Of a stretch of 64,000 nt of DNA, positions 1-10,520 are shown one piece after another; within the stretch, counting starts at the first letter, position 1, and the number at the start of each line of letters is the position of its first letter. The notes beneath the pieces were generated by a model. It had not been told where the DNA came from and searched no databases. It saw only the letters and a list, made by a program, of their open reading frames with translations. Source of the stretch: an uncultured archaeon (GTDB lineage: Archaea > Iainarchaeota > Iainarchaeia > Iainarchaeales > GCA-2688035); contig CAYHBD010000042.1 in assembly GCA_964354805.1 (NCBI GenBank), positions 26,455-90,454 on the forward strand. Reading direction: 5' to 3'. The translations under genes were made by a program, and so were the position numbers.

Positions 1-624
1 GAAGTTTTTGCCCAGGTATTGCACGCCAAGCAGCTGGTCAAAGCTTATCATTAAATCGCCTTCTTTTCTTGCCCAGGGCCCGATTGGCTCATTCGCATCG
101 GCTGTCGGGTCTCTTTCAGTGGTGTAAAGCAATTGGTCTTTCACCATTTTTCCGCCGACATAACTTTCACCAGGCTCTGTTCCTGCATCGCCTGTCCAGA
201 TAAGGGTTCCGCCTGTCGGACCTGTTGCGTAATCAATGAACGCCCTCAATTGCGTTGTGTTGATTTTTTTCGCCCTCTCAACAATAACCAGGTCATAGTT
301 GCGCAAATTCCCGAGTGTTACCCTGCCAACATCCAGCATGTCTGCATGAACGCCCAATATCTCGGGGTTTGCAAGCAGGTCGCGCAAGCCCCCTTCGTCA
401 ATAGGGTTGCCAAGGCCGCTTTCCCCGTAAACAATAAGGACCCTTGGCGCGCCTGTTGTAAAGGCCTTAATTGCCCAGTAAGCATTGCACCATGCTCCGC
501 CAATGACCGGGAATTGGTTGCATTTTATTATTCCTGTGAATGTTATAACGAAAAGAAGGGCAACTATTAATGCAATTAAAAAAACCACCCTGGTTGTGTT
601 CTTGATTAATAACTGCTGGTTCAT
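1..624 (-). CDS. Membrane-anchored hypothetical protein, runs off the window edge; possible GATase-like alpha/beta domain
   Basis: Manually translated open frame from ATG 624: MNQQLLIKNTTRVVFLIALIVALLFVITF...RVLIVYGESG...NYDLVIVERAK...GGTLIWTGDAG; no stop before position 1; not in the ORF track. Confidence 0.7.
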   Translation of the reverse strand, partial: MNQQLLIKNTTRVVFLIALIVALLFVITFTGIIKCNQFPVIGGAWCNAYWAIKAFTTGAPRVLIVYGESGLGNPIDEGGLRDLLANPEILGVHADMLDVGRVTLGNLRNYDLVIVERAKKINTTQLRAFIDYATGPTGGTLIWTGDAGTEPGESYVGGKMVKDQLLYTTERDPTADANEPIGPWARKEGDLMISFDQLLGVQYLGKNF

Positions 625-789
625 GCAAAAAACACTCTCACTACAATATTCACCAACAACCGCTGATTCATGCAAAAACGCCCCTGATTGAACCCTTAAT
701 TAACAAATGCCTGTTCATGCCAAATCCATATACTTTTTATATCTTAATCAATATAAAATTCTTACCAAAGACATTTTTGGGGGTTTAAT

Positions 790-972
790 ATGGTAAAATT
801 GGAGCATGGCCCTGCTGTAAGGGGCCCGAGCAGTGCTTTGGGAATAATGCGCTTTTTCGACGCAGACACTAGTGGCCCAAAGCTCAGCCCTGAGTTTGTT
901 GTGGGAATCGCAATCGCGCTGATTATAGTAGTTTTAGCAATTAAAGCAATGACGGCAGTCCCGGTGGCGTAA
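790..972 (+). CDS. secG: Preprotein translocase subunit Sec61beta (archaeal SecG)
   Basis: 60 aa; GIMRFFD..GPKLSPEFVV followed by one C-terminal TM helix. Confidence 0.85.
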   Translation: MVKLEHGPAVRGPSSALGIMRFFDADTSGPKLSPEFVVGIAIALIIVVLAIKAMTAVPVA

Positions 973-1055
973 AGCAATTAGTGAATGAATTTTAATTCTT
1001 TTTTCTAAAACATTGTAGTCTTCACCAATCATTTTCTTTGTAGGCTGCGGCAAAA

Positions 1056-1985
1056 TCAAAAAATGCCTTTTTCTTTCAACGCTGCCGCAATCAGTGGGAA
1101 AGCGATTGTTGCATCGCAAAAGACATTCACATGCTTTGCATTTTCCCTGAGCTTTCCCCAGCTTTTTGCCTCGTGGGTTCTTGCGCCGCTTAATGAACCG
1201 TCCAGCTCTGTTGCCGTTGAAATGTAGACAGCGTAATCCAGGCCGTCCCGCAGAATGTTTGCCCCGATCAGGTGGTGCTTTGCAATTCCCCCGCCTAAAA
1301 CAATGCCTGCTGTTTTTTCTGCCGTCAAAACAATCTGCCCGAGTTTGGGCAAATCGGCTGTTACATCAATGCAGAAATCCCCGCGCTGCTGCTTGAAGAA
1401 ATAGAACTGCAGCCCTATTGCCCCGTCTGTTATTCCGGGGCAGAAAACCGGAATCTTGTTTTTGCTGCACCAGTGCAGGAAGCTGCCGCTGCTTTCAATT
1501 TTTTGCCCGATCAATTGGATTAGTTCGCTTGGCGAAAAGCACTGCTGTTTTTTGCAGAATTCCTGCAGCCAGCTTTGCATTTTCTTTTCAAGCAGGATAA
1601 AGCCCTTGTTTGGGGAGAAAATGTTTCCAATCCTGTTAATGCCCTTTTTGTGCAATTGCGCATCATCAGCATCAAAGCTGCCCTGCCCGTAATCAACCAG
1701 TGTTTTTACTACATCGTGGTCAACGCTGCCTGCTGTCGTAATTATGGCGTCAATGAAATGCTTTCTGCACATTTCTGCAATAATGCCCCTCAGCCCTGAT
1801 GCAACGAGGTTTGCTGTAAAGGAAAGGAAAATTGTTGCATTTTCTCTTTTTGCTTTTTCAATCAAATCAACCGCTTCCCCGAGATTGCTTGCCTGGAAGC
1901 CTGCAGTGCTTAATTGATCGGCCAGATCAATTGCGCTGTTTTTTTCCTTTAATTTAATGTCTTTTATTTTGTTCACGCGAATCAC
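1056..1985 (-). CDS. dys: Deoxyhypusine synthase (archaeal type)
   Basis: GFQASNLG, TANLVASGLR, NRIGNI, DGSLSGARTHEAKSWGK motifs. Confidence 0.9.
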   Translation of the reverse strand: MIRVNKIKDIKLKEKNSAIDLADQLSTAGFQASNLGEAVDLIEKAKRENATIFLSFTANLVASGLRGIIAEMCRKHFIDAIITTAGSVDHDVVKTLVDYGQGSFDADDAQLHKKGINRIGNIFSPNKGFILLEKKMQSWLQEFCKKQQCFSPSELIQLIGQKIESSGSFLHWCSKNKIPVFCPGITDGAIGLQFYFFKQQRGDFCIDVTADLPKLGQIVLTAEKTAGIVLGGGIAKHHLIGANILRDGLDYAVYISTATELDGSLSGARTHEAKSWGKLRENAKHVNVFCDATIAFPLIAAALKEKGIF

Positions 1986-2044
1986 TTGGACTTTTTTTTC
2001 AATTTAATTAAATCTTTTATTTTATTAAATCAATTGCCAGAACT

Positions 2045-4966
2045 TCATTTCTTTAACTCAATTGAAAAGCTTCTTTCAATCAGCTTTTCTTTCACTTCTT
2101 TCTCAACAATCTGCATTGCGGTGTTTGTCTCTTTTTCAATCCATTTTCTGTTGCCCTGCAAAAAGCTTTTGTCATCGCAGGCAACCAGCAGTAGTGCTTT
2201 TTGCTGGGGTAGCAGGTTTGCCTGCTTTCTCATCTCCTGAATCCTTCTCCTGAGTTCCTGCAGCTCCCACTCATTCCGCAGCTGCCCATCGGCATCCAAA
2301 AGCAAAAACAGCTTTGCGCCTGCAGCATCAGCCCTTGCATAATTTCCGCTTGGCTCTGCTGTTGCTTCAACAACGCGCTTTACATTGCAGCTGCTTGCAA
2401 TAACACTGTGCACTTTGCTGAACTGCTTTCCTTTGCCAGAGGCAGACTTTTTCCCAAGGCTTTTTTGCTTTGGCAAAAAAGGCTTTTTTTCTGTTACAAT
2501 GACAAGTTCCCTCAAAGGCCAGCGCAGCCGCAGTTTCTGCTGCTCTCTCAAAGAAAGAACAGCCTGGGTTAATTCTTTTGCGGAATCAAACTGCTTTTCC
2601 AGTTCAGGGTCAACCAGTTTTTTTTCAACGGCAGGCAGCTGCCTCAAGTGAATTGACAAGGGCATTTTTCCATTTCGCAAATGCTGGTAAATGTATTCGG
2701 TTATGTGCGGGGTGATTGGGGAAAGCAGCAAAAGCAGGCCGTCAATTACAGCCGACATTGTCTTGTTCACTGCCTGCGCTGTTTTTCCTTCTGTCCTGCC
2801 CCTGATTAATTTAATGTATGTCCTGCTCAAATCCTCTAAAACGAATTGCTCTATTGCTGCAGTTGCCCTGAAAAAATTATAGCTGTTATAAGCATCTGTT
2901 GCTGTTTCAATTAATGAATTCAGTTTGCTCAGAATCCACTTGTCTTCAACCTGCAAGCTAAGGGTGCTGATTTTTTTGCCCTTTGCAATGTCCAGCTTCA
3001 GATACATGTTCGCGTAGTTGAAGCAGTTCCAGAAGATTGAAAAGAAGCGGTGGATGTCCTTGAAGCTGTCCCAGTCAAAGGCAAAGTCCTCGCCCTTGCT
3101 TGTTGCAGTTAGATAATAGCGCAGGTAATCCCTGCTGTGTTTTTCAATTACCTCTTTCGGCTGGACTGCATTGCCCTTGCTTTTGCTCATTTTCCTTTTC
3201 TCAATGTCAAGCACAAGGCCGTGGACTGAAATTGTTTTGAAGGGCGCTTTGTCAAAAGCAATTGTTGAAAGGATTAACTCACTGTTCCACCATCCCCTAA
3301 ACTGGTCTGTTCCCTCAAGATTGAGGTCGGCTGGCCAGAAGCGCTTGAACAATGCGCTGCTTGCAGGGAAACCGAGTGCTGCCCAGCTGCTGACTCCGGA
3401 ATCAAACCAAACATCCAGAACCTCAGATACTCTGCGCATTTTTGCGCCGCAGCTGCATTTTATTTCCACTGAATCAATTTCCGGCTTGTGCAATTCCTTT
3501 ACTTTCTTTCCGCTCAATTTTTGCAGTTCTTTTAAGCTGCCAATTACTTTCTGCTCTTTGCATTTGCCGCACTGCCAGATTGGAATTGGAGTTCCCCAAT
3601 AACGGGCCCTTGAAATTGGCCAGTCTCCAATGCTTTCGAGCCAGTTCTGCATCCTGCTCTGCATCCAATCCGGAACCCACTGCACTTTGCCGTTCAATTC
3701 AATCATTCTTTTCTGAATGCTGCTTATTTTGAAAAACCATTGCGGAACTGAAAGCATGAGCAAAGGATTTTTGCATCTCCAGCACAATGGGTAATCGTGC
3801 GTGTAAGGGTGCCTGTAAACCAATGCATTTGCTTGCTCCAAATCGGCGATTATTTCCTTGTCCACTTCCCTGCATCTTTTGCCTGAATACTTTCCTGCTT
3901 CAGCTGTCATCAAGCCATTCAATTGCACTGGCGAAATTGCCGGCAGGCCTGCCTTGCTGCCTGCATCAAAGTCCTCTTTTCCATGCCCTGGCGCGCTGTG
4001 AACCAGGCCTGTTCCTTCTTCAAGATTAACGTACCGCTCGCTTAGAATTACTCTGTAAGCGTTTTTCAGCGGAGGCAATTGCAGGTGCTTTGCAAGCGGG
4101 TTCTCGTACTGCATTCCCTGCAATTCTTTTCCCTTAACTGTTTTTTCAATTGTAAAGCCTGCCTCAATCGCTGCCATCAATTCCTGCACTTTTTCCTTTG
4201 CAATCACCCATGTTTCGCCATTGCTCATTTTTGCAAAAGAGTAATCAAATGCAGGGTGGACCATCACCCCGGTGTTTCCAGGCAGTGTCCAGGGAGTTGT
4301 TGTCCAGACAACGAGGAAAGTGTTCTCTTCTCCTTTCACTTTGAATTTCACAAAAACAGCTTCATCTGTCAGTTTGCTGTACTCGATTTCATTGAATGCA
4401 ACTGCTGTTTCGCATCTCGGGCAGACATGCACAGGGTAAAGCCCTTTGTACAGCAGGCCTTTTTCTTCCGCTTTTTTGAAAGTCCACCAGATTGCCTCAA
4501 TGTATTCATTGCTCAAAGTGAGATATGGATTCTGCCAGCCCATCCAAACGCCCAAGTCATTGAATTCGTTGTTCATTACATCAATGAACTGCGTTGCATA
4601 CTGCTTGCATTCTTTAATGAATTTCCCCACTCCGTATTGTTCGATGTCCTGCTTTGATTTGAAGCCCAGCTTTTCCTCAACCTTGTTTTCAATCGGCAAT
4701 CCATGGCAGTCATAGCCAGGCCTGTCGAAAACATTGCAGCCCTGCATTCTCCTGCTTCTGATTGCAACATCCTTTTGGATCTTGTTCAAAGCAGTCCCCA
4801 TGTGGATGTGGCCTGTTGCATAAGGCGGGCCGTCCATGAAATAAAAAGCCTTTTTCTGCTTGCCACTCTGTTTCCTAACCAAGGCAGGCACTTTCCTTTT
4901 TAGCCAGAAGCGTGTTATTTCCTCTTCCTTCTGCCTGCTGTATGGCTCAAGTAATTTTTCGGGCAT
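2045..4966 (-). CDS. ileS: Isoleucine--tRNA ligase
   Basis: DGPPYATG-HMGT (HIGH), WTTTPWTLP, GTGLVH, KMSKS. Confidence 0.97.
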   Translation of the reverse strand: MPEKLLEPYSRQKEEEITRFWLKRKVPALVRKQSGKQKKAFYFMDGPPYATGHIHMGTALNKIQKDVAIRSRRMQGCNVFDRPGYDCHGLPIENKVEEKLGFKSKQDIEQYGVGKFIKECKQYATQFIDVMNNEFNDLGVWMGWQNPYLTLSNEYIEAIWWTFKKAEEKGLLYKGLYPVHVCPRCETAVAFNEIEYSKLTDEAVFVKFKVKGEENTFLVVWTTTPWTLPGNTGVMVHPAFDYSFAKMSNGETWVIAKEKVQELMAAIEAGFTIEKTVKGKELQGMQYENPLAKHLQLPPLKNAYRVILSERYVNLEEGTGLVHSAPGHGKEDFDAGSKAGLPAISPVQLNGLMTAEAGKYSGKRCREVDKEIIADLEQANALVYRHPYTHDYPLCWRCKNPLLMLSVPQWFFKISSIQKRMIELNGKVQWVPDWMQSRMQNWLESIGDWPISRARYWGTPIPIWQCGKCKEQKVIGSLKELQKLSGKKVKELHKPEIDSVEIKCSCGAKMRRVSEVLDVWFDSGVSSWAALGFPASSALFKRFWPADLNLEGTDQFRGWWNSELILSTIAFDKAPFKTISVHGLVLDIEKRKMSKSKGNAVQPKEVIEKHSRDYLRYYLTATSKGEDFAFDWDSFKDIHRFFSIFWNCFNYANMYLKLDIAKGKKISTLSLQVEDKWILSKLNSLIETATDAYNSYNFFRATAAIEQFVLEDLSRTYIKLIRGRTEGKTAQAVNKTMSAVIDGLLLLLSPITPHITEYIYQHLRNGKMPLSIHLRQLPAVEKKLVDPELEKQFDSAKELTQAVLSLREQQKLRLRWPLRELVIVTEKKPFLPKQKSLGKKSASGKGKQFSKVHSVIASSCNVKRVVEATAEPSGNYARADAAGAKLFLLLDADGQLRNEWELQELRRRIQEMRKQANLLPQQKALLLVACDDKSFLQGNRKWIEKETNTAMQIVEKEVKEKLIERSFSIELKK
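2448..2485. repeat. Palindromic repeat family A copy, in frame within ileS
   Basis: TTTTTCCCAAGGCTTTTTT-GCTTTGGC-AAAAAAGGCTT; first 19 nt identical to the tRNA-Pro(UGG) intron copy at 36183. Confidence 0.8.
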
Positions 4967-5040
4967 TTTGTTTCACTTATAATATATTTTATTAAATTAA
5001 AAACTATAAAGTTTAATCAATAAATTCCCAAAAACACCAG

Positions 5041-5775
5041 TCACAGTTTTTTTGTGAATTCCAGGATGAATTCGCTTTGTAGCGCGCGCATTTTTCTCAT
5101 GGCTGCTTTTGCCACCTCTTTGTTTCCTTTTTCTGCCGCTGCATACATTTCATGCGCGGTTCCATGAATTTTCCATTTTAAATCATTTGCTTTTTTTATT
5201 TCTTCCTGCGGACATTCAAGCAAATGCATTCTCTTTATTGTGGCGTTTGTAATAAGGGACTTTGGGCTGCCGTATTGCATTGCAACCCTTAAAATTTCGT
5301 CGTAAAATTTTCCCCGCCCGCAGTTCATTACTTGGGAAATAACTTTTTGCGGCACTCTCCTTTCATACCAGTTTTCAATGTGTTGTATAAGGGTCTCAAA
5401 AGATATTGTCTTGTTTGCGAAATCCTTCAGGTACCTCTTTAAGGTCGTAAAGGCAACAGGCGCAGCAAACACCCTCACAGCGGTTGCAACTGACAATGGC
5501 TTTGTTTCATTCAGTTGGCAAAGCCTCCTGATTACTTTCCTGCCTGCCCTTGGCTCCACTTCAAGAAAACGCGCTATTGTTGAAGCCGCATTTCTTACAA
5601 TCATTTTTCTTTTTTTATTTTTTGCAATGCTCAGAAGCAATTCAATTGCTCTCGGCGTGTTCAAAACAGGGGCCCTCTTCAGCAACCTTGCCAAAGCCAA
5701 TACTGTTTCTTTCACATGCCTCGGCTTCGCCGGCCGCCCAAGCCTTAATTTCGTCGGGTTAGCTAATTCATGCAT
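5041..5775 (-). CDS. Hypothetical basic helical protein
   Basis: 244-aa ORF with GGTGT RBS-like site and Arg/Pro-rich N-terminus. Confidence 0.65.
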   Translation of the reverse strand: MHELANPTKLRLGRPAKPRHVKETVLALARLLKRAPVLNTPRAIELLLSIAKNKKRKMIVRNAASTIARFLEVEPRAGRKVIRRLCQLNETKPLSVATAVRVFAAPVAFTTLKRYLKDFANKTISFETLIQHIENWYERRVPQKVISQVMNCGRGKFYDEILRVAMQYGSPKSLITNATIKRMHLLECPQEEIKKANDLKWKIHGTAHEMYAAAEKGNKEVAKAAMRKMRALQSEFILEFTKKL

Positions 5776-5803
5776 TCGCAGTTACACCTTGCAATAAATA
5801 CAT

Positions 5804-5923
5804 TGGGCCCGGAGAGACTCGAACTCTCGACCCTTGGTGCGCTAACAGGGCAACAAGATGCCGAAATGAATTCACTCATCACCCTGCTATAAGACCAATG
5901 CTCTGCCGCTAAGCTACGGGCCC
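5804..5923 (-). tRNA. tRNA-Ile(UAU) with 48-nt intron at 37/38 (5840-5887)
   Basis: GGGCCCG/CGGGCCC-A acceptor; TTGGT-CT-TAT-A|intron|C-ACCAA; TTCGAGT T-loop; BHB-like junction with one U-U mismatch. Confidence 0.9.
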
Positions 5924-5967
5924 TACTCGGCAAATTCCGAGAGCCGGCAAATTCCGGCTGTGAATTA

Positions 5968-6019
5968 AGCCCATACTTCGCTTCGCTCTGTATGGGCTGT
6001 GCTCGGCTTTCGCCTCGCA
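5968..6019. repeat. REP-like hairpin family B copy
   Basis: CTTCGCTTCGCTC...GCTCGGCTTTCGCCTCGC; related to 38629-38682 (inverted) and 40345-40408. Confidence 0.55.
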
Positions 6020-6184
6020 TTAAATAGAAAGTGGAATTGTTTAAGTATTTAATTAAGGCAGTAAAATCAGGTTCGGCCCGGTATCCGTGAATCGCCTTTT
6101 ATTGTTTTCATTCAGTTTTCACTTTTGCCAAAATGTCTTTTTCGCTTAAAATTATTTTACCCGTTTTGTTTTCATTCATTTTTT

Positions 6185-6538
6185 TCATTTTGCCGAAAGC
6201 GATTTTTCGCTTAAATTATTCTCTTTGTTGATTTGGCCTATTTCTTCGGGCGCTTCCTCCATTTTGCCGTATCTTCCAATGTTCAACCGAACACTATTTT
6301 TGAATGTCGAGGCATAGCCGTTTGCTATTTTGTATGTTTTTCCCAGCTGGATTGAATCAATTGCATCATCCCAGAGCGTGAGCAGAATGCATCCGCTTTC
6401 ATCTCCAACCAATGCTTCGGCAACTTTGTGGCTGCTGTTGTCAAGCCTGCCAGTGACCTCGCGTGGCTCGCCTTTTTCCTCCACTCTGATGACTACGTCA
6501 ATTCTTTTTCCGAATGGCTTTATTTCGCTGACGTTCAT
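6185..6538 (-). CDS. ssb: Single-stranded DNA-binding protein, single OB fold
   Basis: KVAEALVGDESGCILLTLWDD...LNIGRYG; start moved to ATG 6538. Confidence 0.85.
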   Translation of the reverse strand: MNVSEIKPFGKRIDVVIRVEEKGEPREVTGRLDNSSHKVAEALVGDESGCILLTLWDDAIDSIQLGKTYKIANGYASTFKNSVRLNIGRYGKMEEAPEEIGQINKENNLSEKSLSAK

Positions 6539-6708
6539 TGCAGCACCTGTAAAACGATTAAGAACTGTAATTTTTTTAAATGAAACTGTTTTTCGGCGTT
6601 TTCCCATTTAAATTTTAAAAACATTCAATTTCAAAAAAATAAGCATAGGTAGCCCTAATTAAAAGTAAATAAAAAGAAAAGAAAAAAGGGTTAACTTAAA
6701 CCCTTTTT

Positions 6709-7416
6709 TTACTTCAATGATTTTTTCAGGTCAACTGCCATTTTTCTGATGTCTTCTTTGAAAGCCATCAGGCAAACTACTCCAAGAACAACCGCTGTCA
6801 CACAAGCGAATGCAACTATGAACGGCCCGATGAACAGATTCAGGTAGTCTTTTAACACGCCCATTGTGTCCTTGCCCAGAATCATTGTCAATGCAAGGAT
6901 GCCTGTGAACAAAATAATGATTCCCTCTGCCAAAGCCGCTGCCATTTTCTTGAACTTGTGCTGTGTTACCTCAATTGAATTCTTGGCGTATCTTCCAAGC
7001 AGCAATCCGCCTACAAATACAAGAATGCCGCCCAAGACACCGGGTATGTAGTAAACCAAAGCTGTCAGGAACTGCTGCAATGCGCTCAATTTGACATTCT
7101 CAGCTGCCGCAGCCAAGAACAGCACAATGATGTACCACTTGACCAAACTGCCTGCCAATGCGCTGACCTCTTTGCCGCCGATTGCGGCTGAAAGGTTCTG
7201 CTCGTCAATCCACTGGTCGACTCTTGTGCTCTGCAGCAATTTGATGACAATCTGCTTCAGAATTTTTCCGATAATCCAACCGATCAGGATTATAATCGTT
7301 GCACCAATCAGTGAAAGAACAACAGGAATACTGTCAATGACAAGTTTTTTCCCGGCCTCCTGTAACCCAGCATAGAATGCTGCCCAAACCTCAGCTAATA
7401 TGTTACCATCAGCCAT
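6709..7416 (-). CDS. TM-helix repeat membrane protein (MscS-associated/CmpX-like)
   Basis: Repeated IP..IGA.II..IGWIIGK TM units; GGTGA RBS before ATG 7416. Confidence 0.7.
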   Translation of the reverse strand: MADGNILAEVWAAFYAGLQEAGKKLVIDSIPVVLSLIGATIIILIGWIIGKILKQIVIKLLQSTRVDQWIDEQNLSAAIGGKEVSALAGSLVKWYIIVLFLAAAAENVKLSALQQFLTALVYYIPGVLGGILVFVGGLLLGRYAKNSIEVTQHKFKKMAAALAEGIIILFTGILALTMILGKDTMGVLKDYLNLFIGPFIVAFACVTAVVLGVVCLMAFKEDIRKMAVDLKKSLK

Positions 7417-7453
7417 GAATTGAATCACCGATAGGAAAAAGGCTTTGTTGTTT

Positions 7454-7984
7454 TTAAATCTTGCGCATCAATTCGTCAATCGCCTTATTCAAATCGTTTA
7501 AAGACGAATTGTTTGCGATAGTACGGCTAGCGCTGTCTATTACTTTCTGCAAATCGAATTTTAGCAGGTTGTGCTTGTCCCTTTCAAAGAACGCTTCTTT
7601 GCTCTGGACATCCAAATCTGTTCTTCTCTCAAAGCGCTTGTCGGAATCTGCTTTCACTGCAATCAGGACAAATTTCTTCGAGCTTTTTTTAAGGTATTTC
7701 ACTTCATCCAGTGACTGAATTCCTGAGAAGACAACCCGCTTCCATGCCTGGGCTTTAGCTTTCTGGACAACCCTTTTCGCAAGCACGTCATTGCCCTCCT
7801 TCTCCCTCATTTCAACTCCAAGCAGGCTCCTGTTCATCTTTGTGTCAGGCCTGCCCTGCCTTCTCAGCTCTGTTGCAAGCACATCGCTTAAAACAAGCTT
7901 GTGGAAACCGTGCTTCTCAACAAGGCGGTCTGCGACAGAATCCTTGCCGCTTCTCGCAAGACCTGTTACTGCAATTGCAAACAT
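7454..7984 (-). CDS. P-loop nucleotide kinase, dephospho-CoA kinase/UPF0200-like
   Basis: N-terminal TGLARSGKDS Walker A; RFERR lid motif. Confidence 0.75.
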   Translation of the reverse strand: MFAIAVTGLARSGKDSVADRLVEKHGFHKLVLSDVLATELRRQGRPDTKMNRSLLGVEMREKEGNDVLAKRVVQKAKAQAWKRVVFSGIQSLDEVKYLKKSSKKFVLIAVKADSDKRFERRTDLDVQSKEAFFERDKHNLLKFDLQKVIDSASRTIANNSSLNDLNKAIDELMRKI

Positions 7985-8049
7985 GAAAACAAGGGTAATA
8001 AGAACTTATTAATAATTTAATTCTCGCCCAAAAATCGGATTAAACAGGA

Positions 8050-8277
8050 TATGAAAATGAAAAATGAATTAAAAGCAAACAAAAAATTGGAAAAAAAAGA
8101 AAAAGAAAAAAGCAGGGGAAATTGAAAATTAAAAAAAAGAAAAATGGAAAAAAACAGGAAAAATTAGAAAATAAAAAAACACCGAAAATTAAAAAAAATG
8201 GAAAAAACAGGAAAAATGGAAAATTAAAAAAAGAAAGCAGAAAGAAAAGAATTAGAAAAAAAAGAAAAAAAGGAGAT
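8050..8277. repeat. A-rich low-complexity intergenic tract
   Basis: Degenerate GAAAATTAAAAAAA/ATGGAAAAAACAGG repeats downstream of the thermosome gene. Confidence 0.7.
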
Positions 8278-9918
8278 TTACATCTCCATGTCTCCCATTC
8301 CGCCTGGAGGCATTCCGCCCATTGGCGGACCCTTGCTTTTGCTGTTCCCTGCAATAATGTCATCAATGCGCAGAATCATTTCCGCAACCTCTGTTCCGCT
8401 GGTGATTGCCTGCAGCTTCACTGACAATGGCTCAATAACATTTGCTGCACGCATATCAGAAAGCTTCTGCTTGAATACGTCAACTCCAATGTATTTGCCT
8501 TCCTTTGCCTTGTGCCTTGCCCTAAGGTTAACGATTGTTTCAAGCGGGTCCATTCCTGCTGTTTCAGCCAAGGTCCTTGGAATTTCCTCCAGGGTTTCTG
8601 CAAAGGCGTCAATTGCCAACTGCTCCTTGCCTCCGATGGTTTGAGCATATTCGCGCAGCCTTACTGCCACTTCAGCCTCAATGCTGCCTCCGCCTGCCAC
8701 AATCTTTCCGTCCTTAAGCACGTCAGCAACACTCATTAGGCCGTCGTGCACTGCTCTTTCAACTTCGTCAATAACATGCTCCGAGCCTCCCCTTATCAGC
8801 AGTGAAACGCTTTTCGGGTTTTTGCATCCTTCCACAAAAACCATTTCATCGCCTGCAATCTTTCTTTCTTCAACCAGGGCAGCTTTTCCAAGGTCGCTTG
8901 CGCTCAAATCATTTATTCTTGAAACAACCTTTCCCTTTGTTGCCCTTGCCAATGCCTCCATGTCTGACTGCTTTACTCTTCTTACTGCAGCAATTCCTTC
9001 TTTTGCAAGGAAGTGCTGTGCCAGGTCATCAATTCCTTTCTGGCATACAACAAAATTTGCTCCGGATTGCTTTATTTTTTCAACCATCTTGCGCAGCATT
9101 GCTTCCTCCTGGTCAACGAATGCCTGCATTTGGTCCGGGCTTGTTATCTCAATCTTTGCGTCTGTCTCTGGCTCTTTTATCTCTAAAGCAGAATCAATCA
9201 AGGCAATTTTTGCCTCTTTCACTCTTTTCGGCATTCCGCTGTGGACAATCTCCTTGTCAATTATTATCCCCTGGACAAGCTTGCTTTCGCCCAATGCTGC
9301 CCCCTGCTTTTTCTCAACCTTTACATTGTCAATATCAACGATGGTTTTTCCTTCAACCTCTTCGGCAACAGCGTTGATTGCATTCACAACCAGGTCAACA
9401 AGCGCTTCAGCTGATTCAGCGACCTTTCCAGTCATTGTTGTCAGGGCAATGTTGCGTAGCATCTTGCTGTCGTTTTTTTCAATTGAATCAGCAGTATTGT
9501 TCAAAATCTCTTTTGCCTTTTTTGCAGCCTCCCTGTAGCCCTTGATTATAATGCTTGGGTGAATCTCGTCATCCAGCATTTTTTCAGCATTCTTAAGCAA
9601 TGTGCCTGATATTATAACAGCTGTTGTTGTTCCATCGCCAACCTCTTCATCCTGCGTTTTTGCAACTTCAACCATCATTTTTCCTGCGGGGTGGTCAATG
9701 CTCATTTCCCCCAGAATTGTTGCGCCATCGTTGCTTATTGTAACATCCCCAAGCTCGTCAACAATCATTTTGTCCATTCCCTTTGGCCCAAGAGTGCTCT
9801 TTACCGCGTTTGCAACCGCCTTTGCAATCAGAATGTTTATTCTCTGGGCGTCCCTGCCCCTGGTCCTCTTTGTCCCTTCGGACAAAAACATAATTGGTTG
9901 TTGTGATGCGTCAGCCAT
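8278..9918 (-). CDS. ths: Thermosome (group II chaperonin) subunit
   Basis: [19 protein letters not shown]-rich C-terminus. Confidence 0.97.
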   Translation of the reverse strand: MADASQQPIMFLSEGTKRTRGRDAQRINILIAKAVANAVKSTLGPKGMDKMIVDELGDVTISNDGATILGEMSIDHPAGKMMVEVAKTQDEEVGDGTTTAVIISGTLLKNAEKMLDDEIHPSIIIKGYREAAKKAKEILNNTADSIEKNDSKMLRNIALTTMTGKVAESAEALVDLVVNAINAVAEEVEGKTIVDIDNVKVEKKQGAALGESKLVQGIIIDKEIVHSGMPKRVKEAKIALIDSALEIKEPETDAKIEITSPDQMQAFVDQEEAMLRKMVEKIKQSGANFVVCQKGIDDLAQHFLAKEGIAAVRRVKQSDMEALARATKGKVVSRINDLSASDLGKAALVEERKIAGDEMVFVEGCKNPKSVSLLIRGGSEHVIDEVERAVHDGLMSVADVLKDGKIVAGGGSIEAEVAVRLREYAQTIGGKEQLAIDAFAETLEEIPRTLAETAGMDPLETIVNLRARHKAKEGKYIGVDVFKQKLSDMRAANVIEPLSVKLQAITSGTEVAEMILRIDDIIAGNSKSKGPPMGGMPPGGMGDMEM

Positions 9919-10166
9919 AAAAAAAACCCCTCCTTAAAAAGGTCCAATTTCCAGATTAATGCAATATTAATCCAGCAAAAATCGGTTAAAAAATTGATGG
10001 ATATAAATGTTTAAAAATAGTGCGGTTGGCGAATGTGGATGTTGAACATTTGCTCTGGGCAAGCTTGCATTATTCAGATAATTCCCATGCAAAAAGCCTG
10101 AACCGCTACGATTTTTAAAGGTTTTGAAGCCCAATTGCTGCAAATAAACGTTGAGGAGGAAGCCTT

Positions 10167-10265
10167 ATGCCAAAGAAAGTTGAGGAAGAGGAAGAATTCG
10201 GAGACGATGAAGACAATGATGAGGGAGACGAAGACGAAGGGTTCGACGAAGAGGAAGAGGAATAA
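10167..10265 (+). CDS. Highly acidic 32-aa microprotein
   Basis: MPKKVEEEEEFGDDEDNDEGDEDEGFDEEEEE*, preceded by GAGGAGG RBS. Confidence 0.6.
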   Translation: MPKKVEEEEEFGDDEDNDEGDEDEGFDEEEEE

Positions 10266-10520
10266 CAGCGGAAAAAATTGCGTTTATTGGTGCCGGGCGT
10301 TCCGGGCGTTAATAGGGCAAGCGGCCAATTAACTTTTTTTATTTATTAAAAATTTTGTGGGTTTTTTAGTTTCCTGCCCTTTTTAATCTGTTTCTGTTAA
10401 TTTGCTTATTCCCTGATTGTTTCAACTGTATTAGTCTGCCGGATTGCTTGTTGGGTTTCGCTTATTCCCTGGTTGTTCCAGCTGTCAGGGTAAGGAATGT
10501 TCCCCTGCTTTGGCATTGGG

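Noticed and set aside
133-691. Plus-strand ORFs at the window start
   Set aside because: The minus-strand frame 624 to 1, with a TM anchor, is the better gene call.
8040-8424. Lys-rich and Phe-rich ORFs (8122-8424 +, 8040-8366 -)
   Set aside because: Translations of an A-rich low-complexity tract that overlap the thermosome gene.
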